Virus record (IMG/VR): IMGVR_UViG_3300027747_004722
Span: 1 to 64,000 of that record
Length of the DNA stretch: 64,000 nt
Reading direction: 5' to 3' (one strand)
Source of the DNA: a virus
Below the pieces are notes generated by a model, which did no database searches, had not been told where the DNA came from, and was given only the letters and a program-made list of their open reading frames with translations. Every line of letters begins with the position of its first letter. Position 1 is the stretch's first letter. Positions 57,014-64,000 of the stretch are shown in pieces. The position numbers and the translations under genes are program-made.

Positions 57014-57652
57014 ATGGCCATTTTGACTAGGGACGGAAACGTGTTTGTTCTGGAGGGCCCAAACCCGCTCGTCGAAAAGCAGGTGGCGTGGGACAAATCG
57101 AAGCTCGTGTTCCACAACTTCCAGTGGGACGAGATACGGCACAAAGGCCCCCAAAGAAAACAGGAACAGAACCCGGAAAAGCCCGAACGCCCCCAGCCGC
57201 CGATCGCGACATTCGAGAGCGCGCCGGAACCCACTCCGGCAAATGACCCGGAGCCGCAAGAGCAACAGAAAAGGGACTTCGACCTCCCGCTCATAAAATA
57301 CAAGGTTCTCTGCCACTGCCTGCCGGCCAAGGTCGAGAAGAGGTCGGACCCTCTCTACGGCGAGTCGTGGACGAGGATCAACTACGGATCCAAGTTCGTA
57401 TTCCCCTGCGTCATGATCTCCTCCCAAGACCTGCTGATCGAATTCTGGACGAGCGACCCGAGGCAGCAGATATCCGAGAAGAGCGTGATCTACCCCTTCT
57501 CCTACGAGGTCCACAACTCGCAGACCAACTCCTACGACAGAGTCCCGTACGACGACTACAGATGGTGGAGGGTGACTTCGAAGGAGCCCAAGGAGGGCGG
57601 CTGGCTATTCACGGCCGGGCCTAGCGACATGCAGCCAGACTTCTCGGACTAG
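57014..57652 (+). CDS. Hypothetical protein
   Basis: 212 aa, GGAG SD, TATATA upstream. Confidence 0.75.
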   Translation: MAILTRDGNVFVLEGPNPLVEKQVAWDKSKLVFHNFQWDEIRHKGPQRKQEQNPEKPERPQPPIATFESAPEPTPANDPEPQEQQKRDFDLPLIKYKVLCHCLPAKVEKRSDPLYGESWTRINYGSKFVFPCVMISSQDLLIEFWTSDPRQQISEKSVIYPFSYEVHNSQTNSYDRVPYDDYRWWRVTSKEPKEGGWLFTAGPSDMQPDFSD

Positions 57653-57939
57653 ATGTCGCGGAATATCGGATCGCCCTTCGGAGGCTCCGATTCGGGCACC
57701 ACGTCTATCTTGAACCCCATCTTCGCGATCTGATCCTTGTACTGATCGACAGCCCGAAGGAAGCCGACCTCGAACAGGTCGGCAACGAGCGTGCTCAACC
57801 CCTCGTAGTCCTCCCTGACGACCGTCGTGGCCGCGAGACGCTCGACATACCTCTCGTTCCTGCGGTACCTTTCCTTGAGCACCTCGAAAAGGTACTTCTT
57901 TATGGCGACCGAATGGGGGTTGTTGGCGAAAGGGTTCAC
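57649..57939 (-). CDS. Hypothetical protein
   Basis: 96 aa, GTG start. Confidence 0.65.
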   Translation of the reverse strand: MNPFANNPHSVAIKKYLFEVLKERYRRNERYVERLAATTVVREDYEGLSTLVADLFEVGFLRAVDQYKDQIAKMGFKIDVVPESEPPKGDPIFRDI

Positions 57940-57984
57940 GACCTAAAAGAGAGAAGCATTGCCAAATAAAAGCGCCGCGTCCGT

Positions 57985-58251
57985 CTAGACGCGCCTCGGC
58001 CAAACCTTGTAGTACCCTATGACCGAAAGAAAGACTATGTTGGCGGCGTAGTTGAACATAAGGGGCAGCTCCATCTTCGGGAAAACGTACGCCAAGGTGA
58101 GGACCTCGCCCGCCCCCCACATGATGAGAAGCCCCCAAGTCACGCCCGGCGAAGACTTGGTGCGAAAAGACTCTATGGCCTGCGGCAGCCCGCAGAAGGC
58201 CAACAACACGGAACCGACCCACCCGATGGCTTCGATCAAACCCGTTTCCAT
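57985..58251 (-). CDS. PQ-loop/SemiSWEET-like transporter
   Basis: IGWVGS...LPQAI...KSS.GV; three TM segments, 88 aa. Confidence 0.82.
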   Translation of the reverse strand: METGLIEAIGWVGSVLLAFCGLPQAIESFRTKSSPGVTWGLLIMWGAGEVLTLAYVFPKMELPLMFNYAANIVFLSVIGYYKVWPRRV

Positions 58252-58301
58252 GCATGTATATACCCCCGTCAGAGCAACAGTTAAAAACGGAGCAAAAGGG
58301 C

Positions 58302-59129
58302 GTGAAATTCAGCGAATGGCTTCTGTCCAGACACCATGATTGGCAAGAGTCCGCACTGTCGATGCTCGCCCCCTCGACGGGAAGGGGCGGGTTCGGAAAC
58401 GACGACGAAGAAGGCGATGACGACGGGGGCGGAGACGAATGGGACTGGGAGCGCATGGACCGATACAGGTGGAATCTCTTCAAGTGGTGCGGCGAGACCG
58501 CGTCCATGAGGGAAATCGCCGGTCTTATTGGCGACTTCGTGGAAAGGCAGAATCCCAAAAAAGTGACATACCTGATACAGCATTCAAAATACCAGGGCGA
58601 GGGACGCCCAAGGTATTTGCTGCAACTCAGGTACCACTTTGATTTCGACATCTCTCCCGTCGAAGACAAGCTGAGGAAAATACTGGAGAGGTCCGACCTC
58701 CACAAAGTCCTCGGCAAGGAAAAAAAGGACAACTGGACGCTCCTGCAGGAAGAGGAGGTCAGAGACTACATGACATACATCATATGCTTCTACCTTACTC
58801 AAAATCACGATTCGTCAAAAGACAATTGGGCAAAGGCCGCAGAAGGATCCCCGCTTGACAGGCATTTTTCTTTCAATGTATGGAACAGACTCAAAAAAAC
58901 ATGGGCGTCCAAGGTCCTCCCTGAAATTTCAGAAATAGCCATCGGGGCCGCATCCAAGGGCAGGATAGAAAGACCAAAAAGCTGGCTGGACATAGGAAAG
59001 CCAGAGGTCAAGTCCGACATTTCCGAAATGCGTCCTCCTTGGGGCGCATCGACCTACAACTCCGAAACGAAAGAATTGGGAGCGTCGGTCACGGCGATGA
59101 TACCCTTCGACTGGAACTACGCCAGATAG
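58302..59129 (+). CDS. Hypothetical protein with CTS-like leader
   Basis: GTG start giving (M)KFSEWLLS. Confidence 0.7.
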   Translation: MKFSEWLLSRHHDWQESALSMLAPSTGRGGFGNDDEEGDDDGGGDEWDWERMDRYRWNLFKWCGETASMREIAGLIGDFVERQNPKKVTYLIQHSKYQGEGRPRYLLQLRYHFDFDISPVEDKLRKILERSDLHKVLGKEKKDNWTLLQEEEVRDYMTYIICFYLTQNHDSSKDNWAKAAEGSPLDRHFSFNVWNRLKKTWASKVLPEISEIAIGAASKGRIERPKSWLDIGKPEVKSDISEMRPPWGASTYNSETKELGASVTAMIPFDWNYAR

Positions 59130-60004
59130 GGCTCCGTTCCCGTCCACTCGCCCTTCCTCTGCCCCCACTGCCTGACAAGATCCTCGGGAACCTCCCCGTA
59201 GACGAGCCTCGGCCTCTGCTTGTAGTCGAAAGGCACATGCAGCACGCAGACGATCCTGTTCGTACCCCTGAAGCCTATGGGCTCCTCCACCCGTGCGGTC
59301 AGGTTGAAAGGCTCGCTGGAATGGCGGAACGGGTTGGCGAGCCCCTTGAGCGTCCTCGTCATCTTCTCCCGCGCGGCCATGAAGTCCCTCTCCGCTTTCG
59401 ACTTGTCGGGCACCTCCGCGTCCTTGAAGTATCTCTTTAGGTAATAGCCCGAATACGCAGCCTGCCTCCTCAAGGCCGCCTTGAAAACCTCGTCCGCAAC
59501 CGCACCGACCCTCTCCTTTGCCATCGGATTCAACCCGATGTAGGAGGCCGTCCTGCTGAATACGCGATCCCTGTACTCCTCCCGAGCCTTCTCGACATAC
59601 TCCTCGTACGAAGGGTCGCCGAGCATGGAGTACAGGTCGGCGACCTTCATCTCGTTGTTCGCGACCGTGGCCATGAAGTTGAGGTCGTCCTCGTCCGCGA
59701 ACGCGGTCTTCGGCTGCATCTCCACCGCGACCAGGAGGTCGCCCTCCTCCATGTACTTGCGGTTCGCCCCGTTGGTGGCCGCCGAAAGCGCGGTCATGAG
59801 GTTCCTCGTCAGGTAGATGCCGTCGAGCGAGGCGCGGCTCGCGCTGTTGAACGAAGAGCCGGGGTCGTCCGCCCACGCCTTGCTCCTCCCCCTCGGCAGA
59901 AGCCCGTGGGACATGATCGAGCGCAGGTTCCTGAAGGCAGTGCCGTGGTACATGATCACCTTCGGCGTGCGGGCCTCCCGCAGAATCCACTCGGAAAACT
60001 TCAT
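59117..60004 (-). CDS. ADP-ribosyltransferase-fold (H-Y type) protein with CTS-like leader
   Basis: MKFSEWILRE then MYHGT...SIMSHGL...GIYLT...A. Confidence 0.65.
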   Translation of the reverse strand: MKFSEWILREARTPKVIMYHGTAFRNLRSIMSHGLLPRGRSKAWADDPGSSFNSASRASLDGIYLTRNLMTALSAATNGANRKYMEEGDLLVAVEMQPKTAFADEDDLNFMATVANNEMKVADLYSMLGDPSYEEYVEKAREEYRDRVFSRTASYIGLNPMAKERVGAVADEVFKAALRRQAAYSGYYLKRYFKDAEVPDKSKAERDFMAAREKMTRTLKGLANPFRHSSEPFNLTARVEEPIGFRGTNRIVCVLHVPFDYKQRPRLVYGEVPEDLVRQWGQRKGEWTGTEPYLA

Positions 60005-60615
60005 TTCACCCTCCGGAGCATCGACCAGTCGATCTCCAATTTGCCCTTGAAGCCGAGGTTCTTCTCCACCTGCCAGGTGAAGTACCACCCCCGCGGCAGT
60101 TCGTAAAGCCGCCCGCCAATCACCGCCATATTGTCCAGCTCGGTGGGGTTGGTCTTCGAGCCCTCGGGAGACTCGCTCCACTCCGATCCGTTGTCGTACT
60201 TGATGAGCCTGTACGACCTGTTGCACTCCAAAGGATAAGTCAGCAGGTAGCCGTCACCGTAAGCATGCTCAAGAGCGTAGGTCCTCGGGTCGTAGTGGTG
60301 CACCGGCTGGATGTCGTAGGTGAACCACAGCATCCCGCTCATCGCTCTTTCTCCATTCAGGTATAGCCTTCCCCCCGACTCTTCGGCGTCCCTCTCGAAC
60401 GACCTCATGTCGAAACCCCTCCAGCACGTGATCCTGTGCGGTTCCTCCACGATTCTGTCGGATACCACCTTGCGCTGCATCTTGGCGAGCCTGTCCTTCA
60501 GGTCGCTTTCGTACCTCCGCCTGTCCTCGGGGTCGTCCATGTCGTATGTGGCCTTGTTGACCGGCCAGCGGTCGGTAACCTCCATGTCATAATCGAGGAA
60601 CTCCCTGAACTTCAT
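60001..60615 (-). CDS. Hypothetical protein with CTS-like leader; possible ART fold
   Basis: MKFREFLD; CWRGF...LWFT...YA...GYLL. Confidence 0.65.
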   Translation of the reverse strand: MKFREFLDYDMEVTDRWPVNKATYDMDDPEDRRRYESDLKDRLAKMQRKVVSDRIVEEPHRITCWRGFDMRSFERDAEESGGRLYLNGERAMSGMLWFTYDIQPVHHYDPRTYALEHAYGDGYLLTYPLECNRSYRLIKYDNGSEWSESPEGSKTNPTELDNMAVIGGRLYELPRGWYFTWQVEKNLGFKGKLEIDWSMLRRVK

Positions 60616-61025
60616 CGCGCCTCCACCCTCTTGAATTCATCCTTGCCCCGCAGGCGCTCGAGGAAGGAGCTCATTCGCTGGAAGGTGAAGACCCTGACCT
60701 CGTACTCGCCGCGCCCGTTCTGGGTCACTGATAGCACCCTGCCGCCCTCCTCCGATATTATCTCGGACACGGCCCGCGGATTCATCCCCCCGGCCGACAC
60801 GGTTATGCTCCGCGTCTTCGTCACGGCGACGCCCGCAGACGCGATGGCGATGAAAAGACATGCGACCGACGAGTAGGCCAAAGCCCTCACCCACCCCCTG
60901 GGGCGGTCGTCCACTATCATCCCCATCTCCACCACCGGCACATAGTCCCCCTGCCCCCGCTCCCTCACGGAGTCCAGGTAGGCGGGGAGATCCTTCAAAG
61001 GCATGGGCCTGTCTTGTCGTTCCAT
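60612..61025 (-). CDS. Single-pass membrane protein
   Basis: 137 aa with a central TM segment. Confidence 0.6.
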   Translation of the reverse strand: MERQDRPMPLKDLPAYLDSVRERGQGDYVPVVEMGMIVDDRPRGWVRALAYSSVACLFIAIASAGVAVTKTRSITVSAGGMNPRAVSEIISEEGGRVLSVTQNGRGEYEVRVFTFQRMSSFLERLRGKDEFKRVEAR

Positions 61026-61037
61026 ACTCTGTCCTCC

Positions 61038-61271
61038 CTATCGTTTTCGAAAACCCCTCCGCACCGCCACCGCACCGCACGCGAGGCTCAACAGCCCCAA
61101 AAGCGGGACCTGGGGCAGGACGCACAGGAGCCAGACGCCCGCCGCGGCCGACAGAACGCCCAACGCCAAACCCACGCGCCTGAACCCCAGGAAACTCAGC
61201 AGCAGCGAAGCGCCCGCAACCCCCCACACGGAGAGCATCACTACGGCCGCCAACAGAGCTATAGATTCCAT
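61038..61271 (-). CDS. Small membrane protein
   Basis: 77 aa, highly hydrophobic; GGAG SD. Confidence 0.65.
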   Translation of the reverse strand: MESIALLAAVVMLSVWGVAGASLLLSFLGFRRVGLALGVLSAAAGVWLLCVLPQVPLLGLLSLACGAVAVRRGFRKR

Positions 61272-61289
61272 GAGCTCCCTCTTGCGGTA

Positions 61290-62600
61290 CTACCGCCCGT
61301 TCCTCTTCTGGCCCGTCGCACCCACAACACCGCCGGCGACGGCCGCGGGAACCGTGTACTTATCGGGCGAGAACTGTGCTTTAGCAGCTGCCAACCTTTT
61401 GGCAATTTCTTCAGAGCCACTGTGTCCGTAATGTTTTAAATCTAATCTAGCACTTAATGGGGTAGGAGAAGACTGAAGCATTGCATTTGTTGCGTCACTT
61501 CTGTCTGCATCCCCTCCAAAAACGCCACCAAGAACTCCAGGTTTATACTCTCCCTGTAAAACTCTTGCGGCATCCCTATATGTGTCTCTCAAATCAGGAC
61601 TGCTCGGGACGCCCACCCTAGTAAGCGACTCCGAACCTCCAGTACTACTTGCGTTTATGGTTCTTCCAATTCCACTGCCTTGGGCATGAAGATCTTTAGG
61701 GTCGAGACCACTCGATGCTCCCTTATTTTTCAATAATTTATCCGCCATTGAAACTGATTGATCACCGTAAACTTTGTGTCCGTCATCGTTGATGAAATAA
61801 GGGTGATTTACTTCTTGTCCGCCTTTGGAGGTTATTCGATCACCACTTGCCGACTTTCCGTTATCGTCCAGAACTATATTCTGCTTAACCCAGCTAAGAA
61901 CTTGTGGGTCTATTCCTTGGTCTTTTATCTTTTCCATTATGAAATCTTTGACCTCATGAGTGATCTTACCTACTCCTGCGCCTATAGCGGCCCCTGCTCC
62001 CACGAGAAACAACATCCTTGCGACTTCCTTCGGGTTGCCCTTGGCCCACTCTCCTATTTCCTTCGCTCTCTGACCCAAGGCTCCTGCTATCTTGCTGCCG
62101 TATCCGGCGACGTTGCCCGCCACTGACCCAGCAGCCCCACCTATTTTCTCCCCGGCCCAATCCCCCCACGTGTCGGCCTCGACGAAAGCCCTGAATGACT
62201 CCAGGGCCGGCTTTGGTTGGGGAGCCATCGCCTGACCAACCTTGCCGGCGACTTTGGCGCCTGCGTCCCATGTGGCGTCGAACGCCTTGTTCGCGCCCTT
62301 CATGAGCGGCTGCTTCACGAAGTAGAGAAGAGCCGCGAATGGCACCGCCGCCGGCCCGCCAGTTATGCCGGCCGCGACCAGCGCAGTGGCCAAGGGCAGA
62401 GGCACGCCCGTCTTCTGCGACAGAGCCTTGGCCGCCCCTCCGGCCCTAGACAATGCCTGCTTGGCCGCATCCGCATACCTGTCGTAGTTCTGCTCCACGC
62501 CCTGACGGGCCTGCTGGTAGCCCTGTCCGTAGCCCTTCTTGAGACTGTCGAAAAAACCCTCTTCGTACCGCTCCAAAGCCCATTCATTAAAGGTTCGCAT
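61290..62600 (-). CDS. Ala/Gly-rich protein with hydrophobic helices and CTS-like leader (possible ejection protein)
   Basis: MRTFNEWALE; PLATALVAAGITGGPAAVPFAALLYF; AT-richer C-terminal half. Confidence 0.75.
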   Translation of the reverse strand: MRTFNEWALERYEEGFFDSLKKGYGQGYQQARQGVEQNYDRYADAAKQALSRAGGAAKALSQKTGVPLPLATALVAAGITGGPAAVPFAALLYFVKQPLMKGANKAFDATWDAGAKVAGKVGQAMAPQPKPALESFRAFVEADTWGDWAGEKIGGAAGSVAGNVAGYGSKIAGALGQRAKEIGEWAKGNPKEVARMLFLVGAGAAIGAGVGKITHEVKDFIMEKIKDQGIDPQVLSWVKQNIVLDDNGKSASGDRITSKGGQEVNHPYFINDDGHKVYGDQSVSMADKLLKNKGASSGLDPKDLHAQGSGIGRTINASSTGGSESLTRVGVPSSPDLRDTYRDAARVLQGEYKPGVLGGVFGGDADRSDATNAMLQSSPTPLSARLDLKHYGHSGSEEIAKRLAAAKAQFSPDKYTVPAAVAGGVVGATGQKRNGR

Positions 62601-62627
62601 GCCATATATACACTCGGAGGACCACTT

Positions 62628-63521
62628 ATGTCATGTAACGGAAGCAACACCCTCGCCATCAACAGGCCCAGCATGAGCGGCATGGCCAGCGCCCAGTGCA
62701 ACAGCGCCTGCACCGCCCTCGGACACGCAGACCCCCTCAACAAGGCCCAGCTCGGCCCGAGGAGGCAGAGGGAGAAGGTCAGGGAGCAGATCAAGGACTA
62801 CTGCCTCCACATGCTCGGCGCCCCCGTCGTCAAGCTGGAGCTCGACGCCCAGAACCTAGACTTCGCCGTCGACCAGGCCATGAAGGTCTTCGAGGACTAC
62901 GCCGGCAGGGAGCACTTCCAGTACTACGTGTTCGACAGCGTCCCCGGGCAGAGCGTCTACCAGATGCCCCCCGAGGTCGGCGTCGTCAGGAATGTCTTCT
63001 ACAAGGAGGTCGGCAACTACGCATTCCAGGCAAGCGACGTGGGAGGGGCGATACCAATCGAGTACTTCTACGCCTCCGGCAGCTACAGCTCAATCCAAGG
63101 AGGACTCATCGACCCAGTCCATCCCATATGGGGAAAAATGGGGGAGTGGGTTCAGTATCGGCAGTATGAACAAATGTACAGTAGAACGAGTTCTGCACTG
63201 GGGGGGTGGGAGTTCCTCGGTGGGCTGAATTCCATCAAGCTATACCCTGTTCCGTATAGAATACAGAAAGTTATGGTTCACTACCTCCAGAAGAACAAGG
63301 ACTGGGCGGAAGTCTCGCAGGCTCTTCAAGAGGGGGCGTTGACATACGCCAAGGAGATTCTCGGGAGGATCAGGAGTAAATACCAGAGCGTACCCGGAGC
63401 CCAAGGCGCAGTTGCGATGGACGGATCCACCCTCATTCAGGAAGCCAGGGAGGACAGACAGAAGTGGTTCGAGGACCTGATCTACAAGTTCGGAGACCTG
63501 CCGTTCATCAGTCTTGACTGA
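62628..63521 (+). CDS. Neck protein (gp13-like)
   Basis: IKDYCLHMLGAPVVKLELD, AKEILGRIRSKY..VPG...MDG; GGAGG SD. Confidence 0.88.
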   Translation: MSCNGSNTLAINRPSMSGMASAQCNSACTALGHADPLNKAQLGPRRQREKVREQIKDYCLHMLGAPVVKLELDAQNLDFAVDQAMKVFEDYAGREHFQYYVFDSVPGQSVYQMPPEVGVVRNVFYKEVGNYAFQASDVGGAIPIEYFYASGSYSSIQGGLIDPVHPIWGKMGEWVQYRQYEQMYSRTSSALGGWEFLGGLNSIKLYPVPYRIQKVMVHYLQKNKDWAEVSQALQEGALTYAKEILGRIRSKYQSVPGAQGAVAMDGSTLIQEAREDRQKWFEDLIYKFGDLPFISLD

Positions 63522-63547
63522 TTTTGTTGAAATGTTATGATGATTTG

Positions 63548-63937
63548 ATGGAAATCGAAAAGGTCATCAAATCGATATTGGATTGTCTATCCCCCGATCT
63601 TCTCAAACCGAGTTATCGGGAAGAAAACAAGAAAAATCCAACCTTCGGACATTGCTATGTGGCTTCGGAAGTGCTATTCCATTTAATCGAGGCGGATATT
63701 CCCGGAAGATTTTCTCCATGGATCGGCAAAGATGACCAAGGCATCAATCACTGGTGGCTCGTCGACAACGAGGATGGATCCATAGTCGATCCCACGGCCG
63801 ACCAATACATTTCCCAAGGAAAGATTCCGCCGTACGAACACGGAAGGAAGTTTTCCTTTTTGACCAAAAATCCATCCCGGCGCGCCAAGATTGTTATGGA
63901 AAGAATCAACCTCGGTCGCGCTGCCCCTCCCACCTGA
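63548..63937 (+). CDS. Papain/transglutaminase-like Cys-His-Asp protein
   Basis: GHCYVASE...HWWL...VDPTADQ; ATG 6 nt after TTGACT-N16-TATGAT. Confidence 0.65.
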   Translation: MEIEKVIKSILDCLSPDLLKPSYREENKKNPTFGHCYVASEVLFHLIEADIPGRFSPWIGKDDQGINHWWLVDNEDGSIVDPTADQYISQGKIPPYEHGRKFSFLTKNPSRRAKIVMERINLGRAAPPT

Positions 63938-64000
63938 CGGAGTTGCAGTGGGCGAATGAGAGGGGTCTTTCGCGAATCTGGGACTGCGGGAAAGTCCGAT
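63919..64000 (+). pseudogene. C-terminal remnant of a Hef-like endonuclease
   Basis: Startless frame LTELQWANERGLSRIWDCGKVR matches KTERQIMSDLGYNRIYDCGSMK at the end of 35779..37260. Confidence 0.6.

Noticed and set aside
1-64000. Stop-codon reassignment and tRNA genes
   Set aside because: Conserved genes are full-length in code 11 and all three stops are used. No tRNA cloverleaf was recognised by eye; tRNAscan was not run.

Overview
This is a segment of a large T4-like (myovirus) phage genome. It has a GC-rich backbone with visibly AT-richer inserted modules, and it reads well in the standard code. Structural genes: tail fibre/FN3 proteins, gp13/gp14 neck, gp15 terminator, gp18 sheath, two gp19 tubes and a gp26-like hub protein. 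Replication, recombination and repair genes: DnaB/gp41 helicase, UvsY- and UvsW-like proteins, SbcCD/gp46-47, an Hjc-like resolvase, an OGG2-like glycosylase and an atypical family A polymerase. Nucleotide metabolism: guaC, nrdB, nrdA with a mini-intein, and dut. Also present are a gp55-like late sigma factor, glycan-modification genes and a 1565-aa Cys-rich protein. The most notable observations are five. (1) A ~450-nt non-coding multi-hairpin region lies upstream of a small basic ORF, a thumb-less family A polymerase and a sigma-region-2-like ORF. (2) About 11 unrelated proteins share an N-terminal M-x-F-x-[DER]-[WF] leader resembling the T4 capsid-targeting peptide, and they include ART-like and protease-like proteins. 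(3) There is a candidate -1 frameshift in the hub/chaperone gene. (4) A TANATA late-promoter motif recurs, often bidirectional and nearly leaderless. (5) An AT-rich sugar-nucleotide/transaldolase island is present. All calls come from reading motifs by eye; no database searches were run.
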